DNA of 63,716 nt, filler included, from Reticulomyxa filosa (Eukaryota; Protista; Foraminifera), in assembly GCA_000512085.1 (NCBI GenBank). It is 19 parts of 19 records of this genome, joined end to end, with 100 filler letters (N's around TTAATTAATTAA, not from the genome) between each part and the next. Parts side by side here need not be neighbours in the genome. Positions count along the whole stretch, not along the records: positions 24,409 to 31,669 come from ASPP01029429.1; positions 31,770 to 32,769 come from ASPP01042965.1; positions 32,870 to 33,911 come from ASPP01020090.1; positions 34,012 to 36,988 come from ASPP01004640.1; 15 more parts are not named here. One strand, given 5' to 3'. The notes beneath the pieces are model-generated. The model searched no databases. It saw nothing but the letters and a program-made list of their open reading frames with translations, and was not told the origin of the DNA. Position numbers and translations under genes: made by a program. Below are positions 24,409 through 36,988 of the stretch, one piece after another (the stretch's first letter is position 1; the number at the start of each line of letters is the position of its first letter).

Positions 24409-27400
24409 AAGCTGCAATTTACGGTGTCAATGTGTTGTAAATACAACAATTGGAAAAAGAAATCGTTGATATCTTTATTAACACAAGAGGATATATCAAT
24501 ATGATACACAATCCAATTGTCTTTCGAATATTTGAGATTTTTCATATTTTTTTCAATATTCTTGCTGTTTTCTTTGGATGCATTGTCTGCTTGACACGGA
24601 TGATATTTCCACAGTACTTTGACAGTATTTTCCCAATCGATGTCACTACTGTTGAAACGTATACAAACACTTTGAATTTTGCTTGTTGTTTGTTCCAAAT
24701 CTTTGATATCTCGACGAATGGTCCAAGTCTTTCCTGTGTTGTTATCTTTTACTTCATACAATCGTACAAAGGGTTTTTGATCGGCCTTCTTTGTTGTAAG
24801 TAAGTCTAATTCTCGCGCGTACATGTTATGTATGCCAGAGTTGGGATTGACGTTTTCTTCTGACGCATTCCATTTAAACTCTCGCAAGATATACGACAAT
24901 CCATTGTCACGATCAGAAGACACAACTGCAAACAAATACAATTGCGTTTGTCGAGATTGGGAGGGACTGAAAATATGCTTTCGAAACAGCTTTATGACTT
25001 TCTCCAATGTCCTTGCTTGCAATTTTTCTGGCCAAACTAAGCAATATAATGGTGCTTTTACATTGATGGCTTTGTTCGATTTCATATATAACAAAGCTCG
25101 TAATAACAAGCACTCCACTTCTTCTTCTGTTGTTGTCTCCTTGCATAAGAGTACATGTTCAGCTCGAGGTGTCAATCCAATGGATTCATACAAACTCAAC
25201 ACCGACCATAGTTTATTGTTATGATTGGCAATGATTAAATTGGGTCTTCCTGTCTTTAAAGACTTAGGAAAAGAAGAAGAAGAAGAAGAAGAGAAGGGTG
25301 ATATTATTTCGTTGTTTTTTGATTTCGTCCAAACATTGGAAAGGATACGTCCAAGTTCTTGTAATGACCGCATACTGTCAGTGTGTGCATCTTCCCATTC
25401 ATTCAACATAGCAGAGGCATCGTCAAATCTGTAATCCAATCGTTGTAAGAAAGGCACAATGTATTTGGAGGCCAGCATATCCCAATGCTGCTTTTCATGT
25501 TGAATAATACAGTTCAAATTGTTAATCAGCTGTTGGGACTCATTCATGGTAAAGTACGTCAAGCAAGGATAGGTGTGTCGCAATTGGATACACTCATCAT
25601 TCCATTTTTCCAAGATTTCCTCCCATTCTTTTTCTTTTTATGAAACAGATCAATGGAAACATTTGCTTGCAATATGAGTGAGGTTTGATTTGCAACGCCT
25701 CCTTTTTCCCAATAGTCCATTCGAATGGCATACAAGTCTTTGCAAATTTCAAATTGCAAGAGAATATTTGCTATTTTCTTTTGCTGTGCGCTCGTCAAGC
25801 CAAGTTTTAATCGATCAATTGAATTTTCCATGCTTTCGCAATTCAGTTGCGTACCTTCAAACTCGAGTGTCAATCCCTCGTATTTGTCGCTGTTCGAACG
25901 CGACGTACGAATGCTATTATAATCACTCAACACCCAATTTCCTTGTCGATTTGCTTTCTCAAATTCGCCGAATTCTTTGATTACCACTGCCTCGTCACTG
26001 GGTGCCATTGATCGAATGAGAACGTGGAAATTCACTTCGAAGCATGCCTCCATATTCTTATCCCACTCTTTGTTGTCGTCAATCAGTTCGAGTATGGCCT
26101 TTGTAAGTTCGTCTGTGTCTTTGAACCGCGCTTTCCATATCTTTTCTTGCATGGTTTGATTGATAATACACAGTGGTTCAATCAACCGATGAAATTTTTC
26201 ATTGTCACAATCCTTCAACAGTTGTAATCCATACTCAAACGATGTATTGTTTGTAAACACGTGATTGGTTGCAATTTCTTTGATATTTCGCTCATGTCGC
26301 ACAATCAATTCCAATATATGTACGTACTTTGCAATATCCCCAAATTGTTCCGTACATTGCTTGTAAGCGTTATTTGCCTCTTCTATCTCCACTTCTATCT
26401 TGCCCGCTAGTAGCTCTTCACTCATTTTCAGCGCTTTTTCCACTGCTCGCCACGCATTACCGTCACTTATATCTCTCTTTCCTTTGTGGTATTTCTGTAT
26501 CGTCTCAACGCCTCGCTTTAACTGTCTCCATATGTCTTGCAGCTGTTGCAGTTTCGTTATTTCTGCTTCCAATGCTTTGTTTCCATTCTTTTTTTTTTAT
26601 GTATGTGTATGGAGGGGGTATTTTCAAACACTTTTTTTTGCACACATATAATATTACGTATACAAAACAAATACCTTTGTCTTTTCTTCCCACTTCAGAT
26701 TGATATTTTCAAAAACTTCAATGAAATCGATAGTAACAGTCGGAGATGTCGAGTCCGCATCGTTCATTTTGTAAAGTTCATCGAAGCGAGAAAGAACAAA
26801 GTTGTAGGCAGCGACGCAATACTTCCAAAAGAAGAAGCCTTGTGGAAAGTAGGCCAATTCATCCAAAAAAAAGTATTTGTTTTGCAAAAGGCTTATAATT
26901 GATGTCGTTGGCTGTATGTGCATGAATTTGGCCTTTTTTGCCAAATGCCTCCATGCGGTCATTATCCTGCGAATATTTTGCTTGGATGTGCGCTTAACAA
27001 AACGAGATAATTGGGTTTCCAATTCCGGATTCAAATCCACTTGGTCAGGTTGAAATTGTATTTTCAAACATTGCAAAGTTTGGAATTGCCCTTTGTAGAA
27101 ATCCCACATTGTATGGAACGTTTGTGTATCCTTCCTGTCTATCATTACTTGCCATTCGTCGTGGAAACATTCCAACAATCGCATTCCTCTTTCCATTCGT
27201 GCTTCCACGTCGGAAATCCAATCATAATTTAAGGCTCTGAAAAAATTGTGGAACTCCTCTAAGTCACTCGGAACTTTCTCCAAATATTTTTTTGCTAAAA
27301 GCTGCTCAAGGACGTTATTCCATTTTTCAAAGTTCCTAAACTTTTCCATCGCTTCTGTCCATATCTGTTGGTCAAGTAATTGTCCAGCCAATTCTTTGAT

Positions 27401-30370
27401 GCATTTTTCATTGCTATCTTTTTTGACAAATTTACAAAGTGCAAAGTTGGTTTTGCCACCTTTTATCACATTATCCAATGTATTCAATGTATCTTGCATA
27501 AAATTCCACTGTTGTATGAGAACCTCAATGTTTCGGTGATTGCGTATGATATCTTTCCATCCGGTATATGAGATACACTGTTTCAATTCGTAGAGCAATT
27601 GATCTGTTTGCGCTGATGACAATGTATGTTTTTTAGTCTCGTTTTGCAATTCTTTTTCCTCGTCACTGTCAATGGAAGCTATAGACGTTTCCATTTCGCT
27701 ATATAACACAAAATAATATTCTTATATGCATGCACATATATGAAATATGAAAAGTAAAACACAAAGCACAACTTTTCGCTTTGATATTTGAGGAATAATG
27801 ACAAAAACCAATTCCATTTTGTCAAATCCCAAGGCGGTTTGCCAATGTATTGATCCAATTGGCTCCGATCTTTGTCAGTCCAGCATTTGTTTTGATATTG
27901 AAAATGCTCGGCCTTGGACTCCAAACATTTCTCCAATTCGTCATGACATGTGGCAGGCAAAAGATTCCATCGTGAATCGGCCAACAACCATAAGGCCTTG
28001 CGTGATAGCAATTGTCGCATGGCAGTCCATCCAAGTCGGCACTATTGAACCATATCCGTAGTGATGCTGTCAGCTGCCTATTCCATTCATTCACATTGCT
28101 TTCGACTTTGCAATTGAATAATTGGATCCAAACTTCCAAAGATTGCTCCAATCCTGGTTCCTTTTGCTCATATTTCAATAATTTTTGAGTCAAATCGAAT
28201 ACTTTATCTTTGATGCTTTCATCTTCCAATGAAAGTTGCTTCATTTTTTCAAAAACAAATATGTGCACGTGCATACGCATATGATATACATAAATATATA
28301 TGTATATATATTTATGTTAACGAACATTCCAAAGGATGTCAATCAAACATGACAGTATTTCTTTGCTATAAAATATTTTGTCAATGTATTGCTCAATTGT
28401 CGTCAGCAAATCATCATCGCTTTTCCAACTGTTTTTTTTTTTATATTTGTTATTTTTTTTGACTTTAGACTTTGCTCATCTAATGAAGACAAAAGAATAT
28501 ATTACATAATGTTTTGCTTTCGGATAAAATTAAAGAAATTCAAGAGTTGCTTAGGTGAGACTGTCACCAAATGCTGAAATGTATTATCGCCATTGAAATT
28601 CTCGAAAAAGATGATTCGAACTTTATCATCTTCAAAAATATGGATGCTTTGCAATTGCTCAATGAATTTATTCCACATTGAAAAATCATTTCGAAACGCG
28701 GTACACATGACTCGCCAACATTTGTCGCCATTGTCCAATTGACAAATATTCTTCCATATCTCTTCATTTTGTGCAAATAGAAAGTCCAAAATAGATTGAC
28801 ACAAGCGACTTTGATCGGTGTAGTGCTGCAGCAATTTGATCACATACGCCTCTGCGTGATGTCTTTGTAGATGTGCATATGAGTTGGATAATTGTGCAGT
28901 CGCATCAATTTTCACTTTTCGAATATTCAAATCCATCTCTAAAATAGAGTTGATTTTTTGTCGAGGTCATCATATTTGCCATCGGAAATATCACCTTCTT
29001 CGAACTTGCTAGGAAAGCCGCTTGCCAAAGGATTGTCTTCGACAAACAATGACAAATAATTGATACATGGAAGGAGAAAAATGAGTTGCAGCTTTGAAGG
29101 GTGGCGAAAGTAATGTTCCTTCAAATCACTTTGTAACATTTCGCAAACTCTATTGTTGTTTTGATCGCCATTGTTTTGAAAAAGTCTTTGAATGATGACA
29201 AACAAGTGCCAAGGTGACAATAATTTATCTACTGTCGATGTTATATTTCCACTCTTTTCTGGCAAGGTACGTAGCCATATATATTTAAGTATCTTTTTTT
29301 TATTATTGTTATTTCAATCAATGTACATATCTATAAAATATGAGTACATTCTTTTTTAAAAAAATTTATTGTAAAACAAACTGATATTAAATCAATAGTC
29401 GATTTCTCCAATTCTTTTTTGATCCCTTCCAAAATGTTGCAAAACGATTCTGGTAATGCCTTTCGATCACCGAACTCAGGTTATGTTTTGCTTCAAGTGC
29501 AAATTCCAAAGATGGCCAATCTGTAATGCCGTCTGTCAAGTGCTTAAACACAGCAATCTCAAATGTGATTGGTACTTTTTCTCTTTCTCTTGGCAGTCGG
29601 AGTAAATACACTTTACAATTGTCTTCCACACTGTATTGCATGTTGTTATTGTTGTTGCTGTATTGAAATGAAATTGGACTGTCTTGTTCCACCTGAAAAT
29701 CCCCAACGAAGACGTTGTCGCCAATCTTTTGTAAGTGACGCTCTAAAATATTATTTGTGTGTTGAAAAATTCATTGAAAGAAAGCAAGAAAGGGGGTGAT
29801 ATTTCATTTAAAAAAAACAACTGACTTTTTCTATCGTCTAAAAATGAAATAGTAGGTTGATCCGTTTCTGCCACAAAAGCATAAATTCGAAAAGGTCGTG
29901 TTTGTCTTGTGGTGGTATCTAAAATGTTTGATTTTTCATCACTGTCCAAAGGCTGGTCAGATCGATGATCACAATGAATAACAATTTGTGTGCATTCTTT
30001 CAATAAAGATTTTGTGTCCTTGTCTTCGGTCAATTCTTGAAATTTTTGCACAATGTGCTGTAATTGTGGCACTTCTGTTGAATGTTTTTGTTGGAGAGAT
30101 TCCTCTGCCAATCTGTCCAAAATCTCTTGTGGTATTTTACATTTACATTCCAAACACTTCTCCACGACTTCTTTGATGGCACTTAAATCACAACTGTCTC
30201 CAGGTGTTCCTGATAATTGTCAAACAAACACATTAAAGATCCTTATACCTATTTTGCAAGTCTTTTGTTTTTCATTTTTTAAAAAAAAACTGTTGTAATT
30301 GCCAATGCATTCATTCCATTGTTCTAGCTTCCACATCACACTACCGGAAAACGGAATTATTTTCATTTGT
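24409..30370 (-). CDS. Giant RNF213/mysterin-like AAA+ ATPase, N-terminal stalk to start of AAA core (multi-exon, truncated at contig end)
   Basis: PCLTYFTMNESQQL, PRAEHVLLCKETTTEEEVECLLLRAL, LYCLVWPEKL, NNTGKT and IVYHIDISSCVNKDINDFFFQLLYL parallel RNF213 motifs (EVLLCT..TT.EEV.LLLRR, GVGKS, FHLDVT...FLFKLLIL) in the same order. About 6 kb of co-oriented exons. Confidence 0.85.
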
Positions 30371-30499
30371 CGACTGCATTTAAAAACAGATACATGTATT
30401 AAATGTACATATCTGCTTTTTTTTTAAAAAAAAATAAAACATTCAAACAAAAAAAAAACAAAACGGTGGATTGTGTGACACTATTTTCAAATCTTTGGG

Positions 30500-31215
30500 C
30501 TGCCATTGATTATTTACAAATTTCAACTGAAACCTCACTGTATCTCCTTCTCTTGGATGTACACTCATTATTAGATCTTCTCTTGCTTTCCATAATACTA
30601 TCTATATTGTCGCATTTGTTGAATGTATAAAAAACGACTCCAAAATTATAAGTTATGTAAACAGTGAATTTTATTTCACATTAGTATATACTTTTTCATG
30701 CTTTTCATTTGGATATGCAGAAAGAGGGACCACTTCTACTGTTGATTCTCTACTTGATACACTCACTCTTCCAGAATATAATTTTGGTAATTTCATTTCT
30801 TTTACTGTTATTGCATTATTTTGATCTCTTATGTATAAACATTCCATTTCGTCACCTGTTTCGCATCCCAAATCTTCCCATTTCTTATCATTTAGATCGA
30901 GTTCGATTTTTATACCACGCTATTTTAATATAGATCATTTTATTTTTGAAAGAAAATATTTGGTTTGGTCGGTACTGCTTTGTGAAAAGAAGTAACACCT
31001 TCAAAAATGCCTCTATGGTGGAATATCCTCTTGAAATCAATACAATTTCTTTCCTTTCCACAGCTTTCTCGTCTTCCATATTTCCTTCGTCTCTTGCGAA
31101 GGTTTTCTTTTTGTTTGAAAGTAACTTGTTTGTACTTTTCTTGCCGCAAAACTAGCCAAAAATTAAATGTTTTCCATTTGATAGTCTTCGATATTTGTTT
31201 ACCATGAGAAAACAT
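30500..31215 (-). CDS. Possible further 5' exons of the RNF213-like gene
   Basis: Co-oriented protein-like ORFs 30888-31079 and 30671-30871 lie directly upstream. The splicing path is not resolved. Confidence 0.35.
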
Positions 31216-31769
31216 TAATCATTTTTAACCTGTTTATTGTTTTTGAATATCATGAATGCATATTTTTGTATTAATGAATTTATTTGTTTCGGTACTCTTG
31301 TTTGTCATATGCAAGCTGTCCAAGTCTCTCCTTACAAACCCAGAAAAAGAGCACAATGTTTGTGTGTATTTGTTTTAACCACAACACGAGACACTTCCCA
31401 AGCGATGAAAACAGATCACTTTTTTCAAGCAGAAGTGTAGTTTCTGCATGGAGAAAAGTGGAAGAAATGTTAAATAATGAATGTTTGCAAAAACTTAATT
31501 CAAGCACTGTCAGATCATTTCAAATGGAAAATGTAAGAGAAATCTATTTTAGCAAATAATTTTTGGATAGAAAAGACAGCGACATCATATAAAAGGCAAC
31601 GTAATAACATAAATTACGACATTTGATATCCGAATACCTTCTTCAAAAAAAAAGAAATGGTCAGATGACNNNNNNNNNNNNNNNNNNNNNNNNNNNNNNN
31701 NNNNNNNNNNNNNTTAATTAATTAANNNNNNNNNNNNNNNNNNNNNNNNNNNNNNNNNNNNNNNNNNNN

Positions 31770-32418
31770 GTAATGATAATGATGCAATCATATTCTTTTC
31801 TAAAAATCTTTTACATGATTTACTTATTTTATCCATCTTTTCAATATATCTTTGATGTATTGGCGCTTCATCAATCAAATCATTAGCAGCAATTTGCAAT
31901 TGATCTGGAGAGAATGGATATACGTGGACATTGTTTTGAGTGTAATGAAATTCACAATATTGTCTTTTCGAAAATGTCCAAGCTACTGCGATATGATATT
32001 CCAACCCTTTCCATTTGATTTTTAATGATGACTTTGAATGTTTCAATATTTTTATTTTATCTGTGCAAAGTTCTTTTCTTATTTTGTCGATGTTTTGCTT
32101 AATCCATTTAAAAATGTTGCTACTTTTTTTTTGAAGCGAATAAATATCATCACAATTACCACAAGTTAAATGTTTTTTCAGATGATGTAAGAATACCAAA
32201 TATCCACAAGATACATTAGGAATGATAAGTTGTTTTTGTACACATCCGGATAATATCGCTCCATAAACACGTGAAAATGGATTTTTTTTATCGTAAAACG
32301 ACGTATCTTTGTGCTTGTCCAGTAAACTATTTACAAGATCGTTGTCATGCTTATAATACAATTCACTGGAAGCTGTTCTTTCTTTAAATCTCTCTTCCAA
32401 GAGCACCTGATATGTCAT
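31770..32418 (-). CDS. OAS/cGAS-fold (Pol-beta superfamily) nucleotidyltransferase-like protein with degenerate active site (3' truncated)
   Basis: Intronless ORF from ATG 32418. [28 protein letters not shown] aligns by eye to OAS [45 protein letters not shown] to ALSFVL..GVEFDVLPAF, and NMIASLSL to EFSTCFTE. Confidence 0.6.
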
Positions 32419-32649
32419 CTTAAAAACGAAACGGGAATTTTTTAACAAACAAGTGCTGCTTTCGATTTAAAATTTTAGTATCTGTGACTTACATTATTAC
32501 TTTAAATAAAAAATTCTTTGCAACTATGTGATTAAGTGCTTTATTTGACGAATTTTGCTTTTAATTTTGAAGTAAATTTTTATATTTTCAGTCATTTTTG
32601 TAAAATATCAACAAAAATACTCGAAAAAAATTCCGCATCATTTTTTGAG

Positions 32650-32769
32650 ATGTCAGAGAAAAATTCGACATACCAGCAGTCATTGGAAGATAAATTCAAA
32701 GAAAGGACATCTAGTGGGCTGTATTATGAACTTGCCAACGACCTTGTGAGCAGTGTACTGGACAAACAC
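32650..32769 (+). CDS. Paralog of the OAS-like gene, 5' end only
   Basis: MSEKNSTYQQSLEDKFKERTSSGLYYELANDLVSSVLDKH is clearly homologous to TYQVLLEERFKERTASSELYYKHDNDLVNSLLDKH on the opposite strand. Confidence 0.8.
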
Positions 32770-33194
32770 NNNNNNNNNNNNNNNNNNNNNNNNNNNNNNN
32801 NNNNNNNNNNNNNTTAATTAATTAANNNNNNNNNNNNNNNNNNNNNNNNNNNNNNNNNNNNNNNNNNNNACGAGAACCAGCCGATGACGTCCGATCCGAG
32901 CGGCGTCAGTTGGTGGTCCTTGCTAACACGTTCCAACAAGACGAAAAGTGTGTCATTGATGGACTTGTAGCGATGCGTTGCAATAGAGGAATGACGACTA
33001 GCTTGACAAATAGATCACACCGTCACCAACATCTTTTACGACGACGACAAAAGAAAAGCAGTGCGATTGTAATCGAACATGGCTGAGAACGGACGAGGAA
33101 GAAAAAAAAAAAAAAAAAATATGGAAAAAAATGTGCATTACGCGTGGCATGTGTATAGTAAGTAATATTTGGACGATGTCGTTTTGCACTAAAC

Positions 33195-33700
33195 TCAGAA
33201 TACGTAGTGGATTGAAACGCCTTTACAAAGTCCACGGTGACATTTCTCGTGGGCAAACGTCGTCAATTTGTAAAAAGCTTGGCAGGCCGGTATATTGAAT
33301 GTTAATGTTCACGTGCATGTATACGTATATATACATATATGTACAAATTTGTATCGGATAAATATTGATAACGTCGTCTCTGGAATATTGGCAAAAAACT
33401 GCCAACAATATCGACTTTTGTATGATGTCAATATCTTCGTTTTGATTCAATCTGTTTTTTGTTTTTTTACATTCACGCACATAAATGAATAAATAAATGT
33501 ATAAATGTATACATATATATATATATGAAAGTGAAGACACAGTAAATACTGCCTATCGTATGGAGTCAGCGAGCGAACCTGGCAAGATACATTCGAGTGA
33601 GGAGTTTTATAACAACCTCCACCCATTACTCCAACTCTTTTGTGAAAAGTTGGAGGGACATGACGATCACGTATTATCCGCACAAAATACAATTTGAACC
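33195..33700 (+). pseudogene. Class III adenylate/guanylate cyclase fragment, degenerate
   Basis: INIDNVVSGILAKNCQQYRL / intron / EDTVNTAYRMESASEPGKIHSS, compared with consensus GIHSGPVVAGVVG..YCLFGDTVNTASRMES...GKIHIS. Conserved glycines are substituted and there is an early stop. Confidence 0.75.
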
Positions 33701-34059
33701 AAAACTTAAAACCATTGTTCCTTTTCGCTTGTCTTCTTAACAACGGTTGTCACAAGTCCATATTGTCTCGTCGCCGCCGTCGTCGATAAGCCATTGCGCC
33801 TCTCTGCTAACGTGTCAGCAGGCTAGTGAGTCGACCAACTTTACTCTTGCACCACACACTGTGTCTCCAAAAAACGTAGTCCCACAACATCTTGCACAAC
33901 TGACTTAGACTNNNNNNNNNNNNNNNNNNNNNNNNNNNNNNNNNNNNNNNNNNNNTTAATTAATTAANNNNNNNNNNNNNNNNNNNNNNNNNNNNNNNNN
34001 NNNNNNNNNNNAAAAAAAAAAAAAAAAATTTTAATGCCAAGTTTGAACAACGGAAAATA

Positions 34060-35925
34060 AAAAAGAAACTGCCAAGGACACAGAAACATGGGGCGGACAT
34101 TATGGCACACGATTGAAATGCCCATGTATTCGACTAGCAGCGCCAACAGAAGGTCAAGTGTGAGCTTGTTTTTATACGTATTTTATTTTATTTTTTTTTT
34201 CTCCTAAGTGTAAAAAGAGTATACAATGATTTTTTTTTAAAAAAAAAAAAAAAAACGATTTGTTGTTGTTGTTGTTGTTATTAATCAAAGCACAGTCGGA
34301 ATAGGTAATGCATTGAACAAGTCTGTGGAACAACAAAAATGTGCCCTGCCGAAACATATTGGATCGTCACAGACGGTATAATGGAGCCATGGCAGTGCAA
34401 CTTTAGTACAGGACACGGGATTCACTTTCAATGCAAAAATGTGCATGAATTGGCAGACTCTACACACGTAAGTCTTCAACATCATTGTTGGTTTGATTTA
34501 TCCTTGCAGTCCTATTCCGTTAATGCAGGTTAATCAATTTGCACACACACACACATGTATACACACTTTTTTTTTTTTTTCACCCCCCCCTCCCCCTCCT
34601 CCTCCTTCCAAAAAAAAAAAATGCAAAACTTGGAGTCAATCCCATATATGATTTAGAAAGTAACAGTTGCTCTGTCGGAAATTGGCAAAGTTTTGTCAAT
34701 CACAGCTGTGAGCCCTTTGATGGAGGTTCAGTTGTCTCCTTTGATTATGAATTTACATCTTTATCTGGGGTATGTTTTTTTTTTTCTTTTCTTTTGAAAA
34801 TAAAACCAAAAGTACATACTATAAATTATACCAATGATTTTGTGTTGTTGCCCTATCACTATCTTTTGAAACCTAGAATGTGGCCACATTCCAATTATTC
34901 CACGTCCATCAAACACAGGCATTTAAAGGCTATTTACGAGTCGTTGTGGCGTGGAAAACGACATCACCGACGTCGACAGTGATGTCAGACAAAACAAGTG
35001 AAGAGAAGGATGAAAAAAGTAAAGCCAATCTTTATTTTGGAGTTAATTTGTTTGGATTCAAAAAAATTACGACTCGGAGTTTGTGGAGGACAACAGTCAT
35101 TAACAAACCAGTTCAAAGACAAAGAGGTTATTCTGCCGGTTCAGATCAAATCCTATCGCAATGGGTGGAACGAAAGCGAATTTCAAATATCTGCGACCCA
35201 CTTGCTTATCACTCAAGTCCGAAGCTGTGTTGGGATTAATGACAATGTTGGACTTGATAAATGTGCTAGTGTTCATTTGGGATATCTTTGCATTGAAACT
35301 GTGCAAGTTCATGTTTTTCTTTATTTTTTTTTTTTAGTGAGAGAATAAGAGCAAAAACCATTTTAAATTTTTTTTGTTATTGTGAAATGAATGTTTTGGT
35401 TAGAATCATTACATCGAACGTGACATCGATGAAATCACAGATATCGTGAAGGATCATTTATCAGAAATTCGCAAGATCCCCATAACTTTGAGCGAAACTT
35501 TAACCACGAGTGAACAAGACACTAGATTCATGGAAAACAATTTGGAGGATTTTTTGATAAAAATTGACTGGAACAAACTTTTATCAAATAAATTATGCCA
35601 AAATGAAAGCTTTGTCGATTTATTTTTGCTTTGCTTTCAAACTACTGAGCAAACAAATATACTCAAATGTGGATGGTATGCTCAGTATGAATTTTTTGAT
35701 TGGTGCAAGTCTGGTTCAAATGTCATTGTCTGTTGGCTTATGCGGGTTTCTGTTAAAAATGGCTACTTGATTATAAGACAGTCGCAGCTGCAGCAAGTGC
35801 TCAGCAACAAAGCTATTGCTCAAAAGATGGACAGTGCGTATCTGTGTTGTTTATGTTTGAACTTTTCGATGGATTCAGAATTGTCCTTGTGGAATTTACT
35901 ACGAGTTGTTCACAATCAAGTATGA
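34060..35925 (+). CDS. Multi-exon hypothetical protein
   Basis: Co-oriented protein-like exons (34339-34470, 34630-34770, 34877-35300, 35404-35925) separated by homopolymer-rich introns. No family recognised. Confidence 0.5.
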
Positions 35926-36287
35926 AGTTATTTTTTGATCACTGAGTACTCAAAAAAAAATAGCTTTAAATTGAAAATTTTTACCCTTTTTTCAACTTTT
36001 CGGTTTTTGCAAATTGAGGTAACAATATTTGATTTTAAACCATCCGATCAATTCTCAAAATCGGTTATCGAAAATAAAGGTGTTTGTTTATTAAAAAATT
36101 TTACTGCTTGGAAAGAGTGTTCTAACATTGAAGGGATAGTTGTCAATGTGACAAGGGCCAAGAAACATTTGCTTTTCGTTGTGTTTGCCCTCCCCCGGCT
36201 GATCAAAACATCAAGTTTTTTTTGGAAGGAAAATATAACACAAGAAATTCCAAATATTTAGACTGTCAAAAAAAAACCTCCAATACA

Positions 36288-36988
36288 TCAATCAAATTTA
36301 ACACCAGAAGGCGCATCCCAAGAAGTTTCTCCAGTGCGTAAGTTTTCATAATAATAATCACCAGAGTTTGGATCAAAATGACGCAACCATTCTTGTTGGG
36401 GCTGTTTCTCTTGGAAGACAGGAGGAACCTCCCACTGAGTTTTGCCTGTCGCCAGATTTTCATAAAAATATTCACCTGTTTCGGGACTTTTTTTTGCCAT
36501 CCATTTCTCTTCAGAATCTGCAAACTCATCAGGCTTGTCCCAGGCCGTGGCACCAGTATCAATATTTTCAAAGTACATATCGCCTGATTCGGGATCGTTG
36601 TGGGCAAGCCAATAGGGTTTTACAGGTTCAGCAGGTCTTTCCCATTGTGTGTCTCCTGATGTAATATTTTCATAGTAAACATCTCCAGATTGAGGATCTA
36701 AATGGCACAACCATTTGTACGAATCAGTTTTCTTTGGTGGAGCAGACGATTTCTTCGCATTATTGGCAGGCTTAGTATTAGCAGTGCTGGCCGTGCTTTT
36801 CGTTTCTGTCTTTGGATTTGGGGTGGTATCATTTTTTTTCACAGTAGTATTGGGCTTGGACTCGGGTTTTTTTTCATCGCTGTTGTTTTTCGCAGTGTTG
36901 CTTACATTTGTTTTGGTTTGCTGATTGGGATTAAATGCGCCACGTTGAGCTAATTTGGCCTGTAATTCAGCCACAGTACCACCACCAC
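36288..36988 (-). CDS. Protein with four tandem WW domains (C-terminal part)
   Basis: WLCHLDPQSGDVYYENITSGDTQWERP, WLAHNDPESGDMYFENIDTGATAWDKP, WMAKKSPETGEYFYENLATGKTQWEVP, WLRHFDPNSGDYYYENLRTGETSWDAP. Confidence 0.95.

Noticed and set aside
24409-32769. RNF213-like gene next to the OAS-like pair, considered as an immune gene cluster
   Set aside because: They are separated by the linker at 31670-31769, so physical linkage is not shown.
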